Notes: generated from the letters alone by a model not told the origin. Positions 1 to 7,640 are shown, counted from the stretch's first letter. The stretch: DNA of 24,000 nucleotides from Betaproteobacteria bacterium (GCA_020621405.1 JAHRYN010000003.1:170808-194807), one strand, 5' to 3'. Numbers and translations: made by a program.

Positions 1-1
1 G

Positions 2-391
2 ATGCTGTGCCGGAGGGCAATCGAACCACGCTACGGCTACTGGACCCTGCCGGCCGGTTTTCTCGAGAACGGTGAAAGCGCTGCCGACGGTGCACTGCGC
101 GAAACCATGGAGGAAGCCTGCGCACGGGTCGCCCTGATCGCGCCCTACACGATGGTGAGCGTACCCGCGATCGACCAGCTCCATCTGCTGTTCCGGGCCG
201 AACTGCTCGATCTGGATTTCGCGCCGGGCAGCGAATCGCTCGACGTGCAGCTGTTCGGCGAAACCGATATTCCGTGGGACGAGTTGGCGTTCCGCAGCGT
301 GTCGCTGACCCTCCGCACCTATTTCGAAGAGCGACGCACGGGCCAGTTTGGCGTGCATCACTTCAGTCTGGACGCGCTGCCCCGAAACTGA
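2..391 (+). CDS. NUDIX hydrolase, C-terminal part (true 5' end probably upstream of the window)
   Basis: The ORF-track protein carries a near-consensus Nudix box 'GFLENGESAADGALRETMEEACA' (G-x5-E-x7-RE-x2-EE). The ORF starts at the window edge, so the ATG at 2 may be internal. Stop TGA is at 389-391. Confidence 0.8.
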   Translation: MLCRRAIEPRYGYWTLPAGFLENGESAADGALRETMEEACARVALIAPYTMVSVPAIDQLHLLFRAELLDLDFAPGSESLDVQLFGETDIPWDELAFRSVSLTLRTYFEERRTGQFGVHHFSLDALPRN

Positions 392-2855
392 AGCTGAAGG
401 TCGCGCCCTGACCCGGCACCCCCTGCGCGGCAACCTGCCCCCCATGCAGCCGGATCACGCGCTGCACGATGGCCAGACCGATGCCGCTGCCATCGAACTC
501 GCGGTTGTTGTGCAGCCGCTGAAATGGCGCGAACAGACGGCCGACGTAGGTCATGTCGAAACCGGCGCCGTTGTCGCGGACGAAATAGGACGGCTGACCG
601 TCGACCACGGCCTGACCGACTTCGATGCGCGGCTGCGCCTGCAGCCGGGTGAATTTCCAGGCATTGCGCAACAGGTTTTCGAGCACCACGCGCGCCAGCC
701 CCGGATCGGCATCCACCCACAAGCCTTCAGGAATGACCCACAGTGCGTGCCGGTCCGGCGCTTCCGCCTCCAGTTCGTGCGCGATGTCGCGCGCCACGTC
801 GGACAGATTGGTCAGCGAGCGGTGCACCTCGGCGCGCGACACCCGCGACAGTTCCAGCAGGTCGTCGATCAGTTCGCCCATGCGCTGGCTGTTGCGCCGG
901 ATGCGCGCGAGGTACTCGCGCCCCTGCTCGTCCAGCAGATCGCCGTAATCCTCGACCAGCAGGCGCGAAAAGCCATCGAGCGCGCGCAGCGGCGCGCGCA
1001 GATCATGCGACACCGAATAGCTGAAGGCTTCCAGTTCCTTGATCGCCGACTCCAGCGCAGCCGTTCGGGCACCGACCCGCTTTTCCAGTTCGTCGTTCAG
1101 CGACTGCACGCTTTTCACGCGTTCAGCCTGCAGGCGCTCGACTTCTCGCTGGGTACTGACGTCACGCCGCACGGAAACCAGTCCGTTGAACTTGCCGTCG
1201 TCGTCGGTCAGCGGAATCACGCTGACCTCGAACACACGTTCCTGGCCGTCCGCCAGCGTCATGCGCTGCTCTTCGTGGTGAGGCTTGCAGCTGAGTGCCA
1301 CTTCCTGCGCGATCTCGTGATTCTTCTTCAGCACGTCCGCCATCGACGGCAGGTGCGCTGCCAGTTCCTCGCTGGTGGCGCCCAGCCAGGCCATCTTTTT
1401 CAGGAAGCTGGCGTCGAGTACCGCCCGGTTGGCGAGGCGCCAGCGCAGATGCTTGTCCTTGAGAACGATCAGCTCGGGCAGTGCGTCGACCAGGGCGCGC
1501 AATCTGAACTCCTCCTCGCGCAGCGCCTCGCGCGCCTGCATTTCCGCAGTGATGTCGCGGCTGACACCCCGGTAGCCGGCAAAAGCGCCCTGCGCATCGA
1601 ACACCGGTTCGCCCGACGACGCCAGGTAGCGCCAGCGCGCCCCGTCGCGCCGACGCGACAGGAAGTCGCGAAACGCCTCGTGGCGTTCCATCGTCTGGCG
1701 CAGCAGCACCCAAGGCAGGGTCAGCGCCTCCTCGCCGGGAATTTCCCAGGGGGCACAACCGTCGACCTCGACATCGCCGAAGTGCGCACCGGTCAGTTCA
1801 TCCGGCAGACGAAAGTAATGCAGGCTGGCATCGAGCTCCCAGTGCCAGTCGGCCGACAGCAAGGTCAGCGCCCGGAAGTGGGATTCGCTCTCGCGCAGCG
1901 CACGCCGGGCCATCTGCTTCTCGTGCATCGCCGCGCCGATGAACAGCGCGGTCGCCGCCGACAGGGTGATCAGTCCGTGCAGCACCACGATCTGGACATT
2001 CATCGGATACTGGCCGAGCGGCGAAGTGCCGTGCGCCGTACCCGCAAGCGCCACCAGCGACGACGCAAGGAACACGCTCCAGCCTATCCGGGGCGGAAAG
2101 CGCAGGGCCCCCCAGACGACCAGCGGCAGCGCTGCATAAAGCTGGAGCACGGGATCGGCCAGCAGCCGGACGCCGAAGAAGGTCGCGGCAAGTACGCCGA
2201 GAAGCGCCACGATCACCACCGACTGTTCGATCAGACGGCCGGCTGTCAGCGTCGGCGCCCGCCCGGACGTCCAGGCGAGCAGCGGAAGAATGGTCACGAT
2301 GATGCCCAGCGCGTCGCCGAGCCACAGAACCGAAGCGGTATCCAGCCACTGTCCGGCGGGCATCAGACCGGCAGCCGCCATGCCGGCCACGGTCGCGCAA
2401 GCGCTCGGCACCGCTGCGGCATAGGCGACGGTCAGGAGCTTCAGCGCCGCGTCGGTGCGCTCCAGCAGATGCGCCGGTCGCTCGACGAAACGATTCAGTA
2501 TCTGCGCGCCGACCCATGGCGCCAGTATCTGGCCGGCGCCATGCAGCAGCGCAAACGGCAGGGTCTGATGGGCCAGAAGCAAGGATGTGGCGACACCCGC
2601 CGCGACACCCGGCAGACAACGCTTCCCGTCGCGGAGCAGCGCAAACATCGCCAGACCGATCGGTGCCCACATCGGGACCGGGGCCGACGCTTCGCGCAGC
2701 TGGAAACTGATGGCGGCAAGCAGGCAATAGGCAAGGCCAATCAGCCCATTGACGGCCAGCCAGCGCTGCCACGACCATCCGATGGCCGGCACAGCCCCCT
2801 CAGGCAAATCATCGTCCTGCCGGGCGATCACGGCGGTCTGTCCGGTCACGACCAC
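363..2855 (-). CDS. Sensor histidine kinase: multi-helix membrane N-terminus (MASE1-like), two PAS/PAC segments, HisKA and HATPase_c
   Basis: 830-aa ORF. The N-terminal ~300 aa are hydrophobic. PAC-like motifs are 'YRGVSRDITAEMQA' and 'GLVSVRRDVSTQRE'. H box is 'SHDLRAPLRAL' (His codon complement of 1005-1007). N box 'NLLRNAWKF', G1 'DNGAGF' and G2 'GSGIGL' are canonical. GTG start at 2855. Confidence 0.9.
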   Translation of the reverse strand: MVVTGQTAVIARQDDDLPEGAVPAIGWSWQRWLAVNGLIGLAYCLLAAISFQLREASAPVPMWAPIGLAMFALLRDGKRCLPGVAAGVATSLLLAHQTLPFALLHGAGQILAPWVGAQILNRFVERPAHLLERTDAALKLLTVAYAAAVPSACATVAGMAAAGLMPAGQWLDTASVLWLGDALGIIVTILPLLAWTSGRAPTLTAGRLIEQSVVIVALLGVLAATFFGVRLLADPVLQLYAALPLVVWGALRFPPRIGWSVFLASSLVALAGTAHGTSPLGQYPMNVQIVVLHGLITLSAATALFIGAAMHEKQMARRALRESESHFRALTLLSADWHWELDASLHYFRLPDELTGAHFGDVEVDGCAPWEIPGEEALTLPWVLLRQTMERHEAFRDFLSRRRDGARWRYLASSGEPVFDAQGAFAGYRGVSRDITAEMQAREALREEEFRLRALVDALPELIVLKDKHLRWRLANRAVLDASFLKKMAWLGATSEELAAHLPSMADVLKKNHEIAQEVALSCKPHHEEQRMTLADGQERVFEVSVIPLTDDDGKFNGLVSVRRDVSTQREVERLQAERVKSVQSLNDELEKRVGARTAALESAIKELEAFSYSVSHDLRAPLRALDGFSRLLVEDYGDLLDEQGREYLARIRRNSQRMGELIDDLLELSRVSRAEVHRSLTNLSDVARDIAHELEAEAPDRHALWVIPEGLWVDADPGLARVVLENLLRNAWKFTRLQAQPRIEVGQAVVDGQPSYFVRDNGAGFDMTYVGRLFAPFQRLHNNREFDGSGIGLAIVQRVIRLHGGQVAAQGVPGQGATFSFSFGAARPD

Positions 2856-3164
2856 CCCCGGCCAGTCGATCCATCGACACCGAATCGCGCCTGGTCGGGC
2901 CGATTCCGCAGCAGGGTTTCCGGTGTTTCGTACTCGATGTCGATCACAACGCTAATAGACAGGGACAGGGAAAATTCGGGACGCTGCGCGGCCTCGCCCG
3001 GAACGACAGGGCGCGCCGCAGAAAGCAGTGCCCGGTCGTGCACAACGCAGGCCGTGATTGTATTGGAGTCGCACGCGCGAAACGGCACGCACACGATACC
3101 TGGACGACAGTCGGCGGACCGGCGCAAGGAAGACCGGCATCGCATTGACGCGCCGGGTGCCTGC

Positions 3165-3797
3165 TCATCCTGAAGCATGCGGACGTTCATCGTCTGGTGG
3201 CTCGGGTTCCCCGCCCTCCAGTTCGAGTTCCACCACGAAACCCTCCACCGGCAGGCTGTCGGGTATTACGGCATTCCCGGCCGCAGCCTTGAAAGCTGCC
3301 AGTACCCGCGCATCGAATTCGGCACTGCCGCTGCTGCGGACGATCGCCAGCCCGACCACGTGACGGGCCAGCAGACGCAGTTCGAGCGTCAGTGACGCAG
3401 CGGCCGCCGGTATCTCGGCGCCACTCGCCACCAGCCCTCTTGCCAGCGCGAAACGCAGCGCCCGAAGCGCCGATTCGGGTGGCGCGGGCTGCGCTTCAGC
3501 GGCCGCACCCGGTTCGACCGATGGCCCGATGACCGGCATGCCCCTCACCGGAACGGCCGGCACGCGGCGGCCCGCAGGCGGCCGTCCGGCTTTCGGCGCA
3601 GCGACGCCGGCCAGAACCGGCAGCGGTTCGGCGACGGTTTCCCGCAGCGTCAGATGAGCCCGGACCGGTGGTGACGGACGCCCGGAGGATGCCGGCGGCG
3701 ACGGCCACAGCAGACCAAGATGCAGCACCGCGGAAAGGGCGACAGCTGCCGGCAGCATCGGCGACAAGCGACGGCGGTCGTGCGGTTGCAAATTCAT
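3165..3797 (-). CDS. TonB-like protein (N-terminal membrane anchor, Pro-rich linker, TonB_C-like C-terminus)
   Basis: Anchor 'LPAAVALSAVLHLGLLW', Pro/Ala-rich middle, and C-terminal 'VVGLAIVRSSGSAEFDARVLAAFKAAAGNAVIP' resembling the TonB C-terminal SSG-x3-(L/F)D pattern. SD AAGGAAG lies directly upstream of the ATG at 3797. Confidence 0.55.
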   Translation of the reverse strand: MNLQPHDRRRLSPMLPAAVALSAVLHLGLLWPSPPASSGRPSPPVRAHLTLRETVAEPLPVLAGVAAPKAGRPPAGRRVPAVPVRGMPVIGPSVEPGAAAEAQPAPPESALRALRFALARGLVASGAEIPAAAASLTLELRLLARHVVGLAIVRSSGSAEFDARVLAAFKAAAGNAVIPDSLPVEGFVVELELEGGEPEPPDDERPHASG

Positions 3798-3922
3798 CTT
3801 CCTTTGCTAGAGTACGTCCGCACCCTGCGCCGAAAGCCTACACTGGCCGAGTCGCGGTTGCGTGACGACACGATTCACTTCGACTGGGCAGAACTCACCG
3901 GAAGAGGATGCGTAGGACGATC

Positions 3923-4540
3923 ATGCTGGAGCAGCCACCACAGAGCATAGTTCACGAACGGTGCCGCCAGGCGCATCCGTGGATACTGACCCTCGATGCC
4001 AACGGCGTGCCGCATCGCTGGGTCAGCTGGCAGCACGCCGTGTTCTATCACGCGAAGGATCTCGTGGCCTGGGTGGCCGGCAGCCACGACTTCGAAATCC
4101 GCGGTGGCATCAACCGCGTCACCGGCGAACAGTCCTTCATCCGCACCAACAGCATCATCGCGATCAAGGGCCGCAGTCACGCGCACAAGCTGCAGACAGC
4201 CGTGCCTCCGCTGAACAACCGCGAACTGTTCCATCGCGACCGTTCGGTCTGCGCCTATTGCGGTGGCGACTTCGCCTATCAGAAACTGACGCGCGACCAC
4301 ATCCTGCCGGTATCACAGGGCGGACGCGACCTGTGGATGAACGTCGTGACCTGCTGCCGGCCATGCAACCAGCGCAAGAGCGGCCGCACGCCCGAACAGG
4401 CGCGCATGCAGCTGCTGTACACGCCCTACGTGCCGAACAAGGCCGAGTATCTGATACTCAGCAACCGCAACATCCTGGTTGACCAGATGGACTTCCTGGC
4501 CCAGCACGTCAACGCCAACAGCCGCTGGAAAGCGGCCTGA
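3923..4540 (+). CDS. HNH endonuclease family protein
   Basis: HNH motif 'CAYCGG...LTRDHILPVSQGG...NVVTCCRPCNQRK'. There are two in-frame ATGs (3908 and 3923). I chose 3923 because AGGA (3914-3917) sits 5 nt upstream of it, whereas AGAGG abuts 3908 with no spacer. The maximal ORF is 3908-4540. Confidence 0.8.
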   Translation: MLEQPPQSIVHERCRQAHPWILTLDANGVPHRWVSWQHAVFYHAKDLVAWVAGSHDFEIRGGINRVTGEQSFIRTNSIIAIKGRSHAHKLQTAVPPLNNRELFHRDRSVCAYCGGDFAYQKLTRDHILPVSQGGRDLWMNVVTCCRPCNQRKSGRTPEQARMQLLYTPYVPNKAEYLILSNRNILVDQMDFLAQHVNANSRWKAA

Positions 4541-4564
4541 ACACCGCGGAAAGCTGCCTGGCCG

Positions 4565-6694
4565 TCAGGCCTGCGCCTTCGTGCCGCCCTGCGGGCGGCG
4601 GCGCGTCTGACGCGGCAGCAGGAGCTGGAACACCGTCCCCTGCCCGATCGCGCTCTTGCACGACAGCGAGCCTCCCAACGCCCTGGCCTGGGCAAGCGCC
4701 TGAACAAGGGCATTGCGCGCGCCGGTCTCGCCCGGCAGCGGTTCGAACAGTGCGGCGACCCGGGCGGCGTCCATGCCGCGGCCGAAATCACGGATGCGGA
4801 TCTCCGCGTACAGGCCGCCATTCCAGTTGACCCCATCGGCACTGCTGATCGCGATGCGCCCGCCGCTGCCTATCTGTTCGGCCCCCACCGTCAGCAGACT
4901 GGTCACGATGTCGCGCATCACCGCCAGCGGCAGGTGCAGCGGCGGCAATGCCGGGTCCAGATGCAGTTCGGTGGTGATGGAACGCGACTGCAGCGTGCGT
5001 TCGCCGACCTCCGAAACAATCTGTTCAATCAACTGATTGACGTCGGTCCATTGCGCCGCCGCCGTGACGTCGGGCGGACGCGCTTCGAACTGGCGCAGCA
5101 CCGCGTCGATGCGCGCGACCTGGTCGTGGAACACCGAAAGTTCGGATTCGAGCATCGAATCCGCACCCATCTTGAGCCGCATCGACTTGACCTGATGGCG
5201 CAGCAGGCCAAGCGGCGTATGCAGGTCGGCGCGCAACTGCTTCGAATGCGCCGTGTATTGATCGACCATGCTGCGGCGCAACTCACCCAGATCTCGGTCA
5301 TGCGCACGCCGGGTACGCAGCGCGCCTGCCGTCGCGCCGGTCAGGGCAGCGAATTCCTGTGTCCGTGCGCGCAACGCCGCGACTGCGGCCACCGGAACGC
5401 GGTGCAGTGCCAGCGCCTCCAGTCCGCCGTCGCTCAGTACCGGCAGCATGATGCAGGCCTGATCGCGCGCCGGACGCAACATGCGCTGGAAGCTCACCGG
5501 CAGTACCGACGCCTGCTGCGCACTTTCGCAATACCACGGCAAACCCTGCGCAAGCTGCTGCCGGATGGCATCCAGACCGGGCTGCGACAGATCGATCTGC
5601 GACGGCCCAGTCTCTCCCGAGGCCTCCATCAACGCAAAACCGGTCTGCCCCTGTACCGGCAGCAATACCGCCGGCGACGGAAGATCGAGCAGCAACGAGG
5701 CGGCAAGCCGGTAGGAGCACCAGATGTCCTTCCCGACACCGGGCGCCAGCATCTGCGCGAACAGGCCGGTACGCACCAGGCCAGTCAGCGAAGGCGCATC
5801 CTGCGCCAGCGGCACGGCCGGTTCGAACTGCGGGCAATAAAGATCGCCCGCCAGCGTCGGCGCCAGCGGATCGGCCAACTGGAGTGCGGCGAGCAGCCCG
5901 TTCACCCGGCTGCTTGCAGCCTGCCAGGCGTCGTTCAGATGCTCCATCGGCAATCCGGTCAGCGCATGCGCCAGCGCAGCGTCGTGCTGGATGGCATCGC
6001 CCATCCCCCCCCCTGCCAGCTCTTCCGCCGCCCGCACCACGCGCAGCAGTTCGGGGGCATCACCGAACAACGCGGTTTCGGAATGATGGAAGCGCAGCGC
6101 GTCCGCCAGATCGCCGGCACAGAACGCAGGCAGCAGGTCCGCGCCGACTTCGGCATGGGATATGCCGAAGTCGGCGGTTTCACGCAGGCTGAGCCGGTGT
6201 TCGCCCATGCCTTCGGACAGCAGCGCCGCATAGTGCGGGGACGACGCCAGCAGCGGCAGCGCGACATCGAGCAGCAGGCCGGCCACATAGGCTTCATCGG
6301 GATCGCTGCCGCCACAGCGCGAGGAAAGCTCGCGTGCGGTTTCAGCAGTCAGAAGGGAATGCGCCCAATAGCGCCGGTACCCGGCAGACGGCTGGAGCAT
6401 GCCGCCTGTACCCTGGTAAGTATCGAGCAGAGCAGCCTGGATCAGCGCCTGTCCGCCGACATCGATCACGGAATCGATGCGCCGGAGAATGCCGGCGCCG
6501 CCCGGGCAGTCGATCGCGTCGGACGCACGCAGCAGCCTGAGCACGAATGCCGGATCGGACCGCAGCAGTGCCGCGAGTGACGGAAACTCCCCAGGCAGAG
6601 CCTGCATGCCGAGTGCCACCCCGGCGATGACCGGGACGGAGGGAGCGCCAAACAGCATGGCACACTCGATCGCACGTGCGGCGTTGGATGTCAT
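4565..6694 (-). CDS. HDOD domain protein fused to a histidine-kinase-like C-terminus (DHp H box plus HATPase_c-like domain), apparently soluble
   Basis: HDOD-like 'FPSLAALLRSDPAFVLRLLRAS ... GISHAEVGADLL ... ALRFHH'. H-box-like 'RADLHTPLGLL' (His codon complement of 5219-5221). G1 'RDFGRGMD' and C-terminal 'GQGTVFQLLLP'. The maximal ORF reaches 6835, but the first 47 codons have only 26/47 G/C third positions (hand count) and a low-complexity basic sequence. I therefore placed the start at the ATG at 6694; 6655 is also possible. Confidence 0.75.
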   Translation of the reverse strand: MTSNAARAIECAMLFGAPSVPVIAGVALGMQALPGEFPSLAALLRSDPAFVLRLLRASDAIDCPGGAGILRRIDSVIDVGGQALIQAALLDTYQGTGGMLQPSAGYRRYWAHSLLTAETARELSSRCGGSDPDEAYVAGLLLDVALPLLASSPHYAALLSEGMGEHRLSLRETADFGISHAEVGADLLPAFCAGDLADALRFHHSETALFGDAPELLRVVRAAEELAGGGMGDAIQHDAALAHALTGLPMEHLNDAWQAASSRVNGLLAALQLADPLAPTLAGDLYCPQFEPAVPLAQDAPSLTGLVRTGLFAQMLAPGVGKDIWCSYRLAASLLLDLPSPAVLLPVQGQTGFALMEASGETGPSQIDLSQPGLDAIRQQLAQGLPWYCESAQQASVLPVSFQRMLRPARDQACIMLPVLSDGGLEALALHRVPVAAVAALRARTQEFAALTGATAGALRTRRAHDRDLGELRRSMVDQYTAHSKQLRADLHTPLGLLRHQVKSMRLKMGADSMLESELSVFHDQVARIDAVLRQFEARPPDVTAAAQWTDVNQLIEQIVSEVGERTLQSRSITTELHLDPALPPLHLPLAVMRDIVTSLLTVGAEQIGSGGRIAISSADGVNWNGGLYAEIRIRDFGRGMDAARVAALFEPLPGETGARNALVQALAQARALGGSLSCKSAIGQGTVFQLLLPRQTRRRPQGGTKAQA

Positions 6695-6898
6695 GCTGGA
6701 CAGGAAACAGATGCACGCCGGAGCGAACCCCAGCGCTGACCTTTTTGGTTTATCGGCCGTTCTTGAGACGGATCTTGATTTGATGATACCGCAGCGAATC
6801 CCTGTACAACCCGCGCCAAGACTGGGAAGTAGCATAGTTCACGCCGCCATTGCAGGGCTTCGTCGCCCAATTTCCCCGCAATCCGAACGCCTGCCTTG

Positions 6899-6916
6899 AA
6901 TTCGCCAAATTCGCCA
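6899..6916. repeat. Exact tandem duplication of a 9-mer: AATTCGCCA AATTCGCCA
   Basis: Read directly at 6899-6916, in the AT-richer divergent intergenic region between the HDOD-kinase gene and the cpxP-like gene. Confidence 0.9.
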
Positions 6917-6921
6917 AGAAT

Positions 6922-6936
6922 CTTACAAATCGTTAC
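6922..6936 (-). promoter_or_regulatory. Direct-repeat box GTAAC-GATTT-GTAAG, resembling the E. coli CpxR consensus GTAAA-N5-GTAAA; putative response-regulator site
   Basis: The plus strand reads CTTACAAATCGTTAC and its reverse complement is GTAACGATTTGTAAG. The box lies 82-96 nt upstream of the ATG of a Spy/CpxP-family gene. No experimental or comparative support is available here. Confidence 0.25.
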
Positions 6937-6972
6937 CGCATCGATGGCAGGGGTTTACAGCGCAGGCGGAAA

Positions 6973-7005
6973 CTGTCTGCATGCCGGAACTCTCCGGCAA
7001 GACAG
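6973..7005 (+). promoter_or_regulatory. Imperfect 12-bp hairpin or palindrome immediately 5' of the cpxP-like SD
   Basis: CTGTCT (6973-6978) pairs with AGACAG (7000-7005). GCCGGA (6983-6988) pairs with TCCGGC (6993-6998) around the loop ACTC. There is a 4x1 internal loop. SD GAGGAG follows at 7005-7010. Confidence 0.3.
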
Positions 7006-7017
7006 AGGAGCCAGACC

Positions 7018-7605
7018 ATGCAACACCCCAGAAACAGCCATCGAAGTGCCCGTCAGCCGATGCAATTTCGCAGCCGCTGGGCGAGCAGCATTGCCACCGC
7101 ATGCGCGCTGGCCGGGCTGGTCGCGGTCGTACCGCAGGCATACGCACACGCGGGCAGTGACGGGCCGCAACACTGCATGCACCAGATGGACCATCATGGC
7201 CCGGGACAGATGGATCAGCGGATGGCGCGGATGGTCGAGCGCGTGTTCACGCGCGTCGGCGCTTCCGAGCAGCAGAAGGCCAAGGCACGCGAGATCGTCA
7301 AGGCTTCGTCGGCCGAAATGGCGTCGCTGCAAAAGGATCACGAAGGCGGCCGGCAGGAAATGATCGCGCTGCTGTCGGCGGACACGATAGACCGGGACCG
7401 CCTGGAACAGCATCGCGTCGCCCATCACGCGCAGATGGAACAGATGTCGAAGGCGATGACGCGCACGCTGGCCGATCTGGCCGAGGTGCTGACGCCGGAG
7501 CAGCGGCGCGAAGCAGCGAAAATGTTCGCGCACATGCGTGAAGAAGGCCGTCACGGCCGGCCGGGAAACCGGCGTCCGCCGCGCAGCGAAAAGCCGGCCG
7601 GCTGA
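7018..7605 (+). CDS. Spy/CpxP/ZraP-family periplasmic protein (LTXXQ motif) with His/Met-rich N-terminal segment
   Basis: Signal peptide '...ATACALAGLVAVVPQAYAHA', His/Met-rich 'HAGSDGPQHCMHQMDHHGPGQMDQRM', helical repeat region and 'LTPEQRREAAKMF' (LTXXQ). SD GAGGAG (7005-7010) is 7 nt before the ATG at 7018. The ORF-track start at 6850 lies in AT-rich non-coding sequence. Confidence 0.75.
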   Translation: MQHPRNSHRSARQPMQFRSRWASSIATACALAGLVAVVPQAYAHAGSDGPQHCMHQMDHHGPGQMDQRMARMVERVFTRVGASEQQKAKAREIVKASSAEMASLQKDHEGGRQEMIALLSADTIDRDRLEQHRVAHHAQMEQMSKAMTRTLADLAEVLTPEQRREAAKMFAHMREEGRHGRPGNRRPPRSEKPAG

Positions 7606-7640
7606 GCCGGAACCGGTTCTTTCGTCAGGGGCTGCTGACC

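Noticed and set aside
348-3173. 941-aa plus-strand ORF, the longest in the track
   Set aside because: It is antisense to the well-supported sensor kinase and TonB-like genes. Its translation is Arg/Gln/His-rich low-complexity sequence with no motifs. This is the typical stop-free shadow frame of GC-rich DNA.
2846-3190. 114-aa minus-strand ORF filling the TonB-like / kinase intergenic region
   Set aside because: It overlaps both flanking genes. G/C third-position use is low by hand count (9/16 and 18/26 in the two stretches checked), whereas real genes here look much higher by eye. It has no motifs and is probably promoter/terminator DNA.
4934-6580. 548-aa plus-strand ORF
   Set aside because: It is antisense to the HDOD-kinase gene, Arg-rich and without recognisable domains, so it is a shadow ORF.
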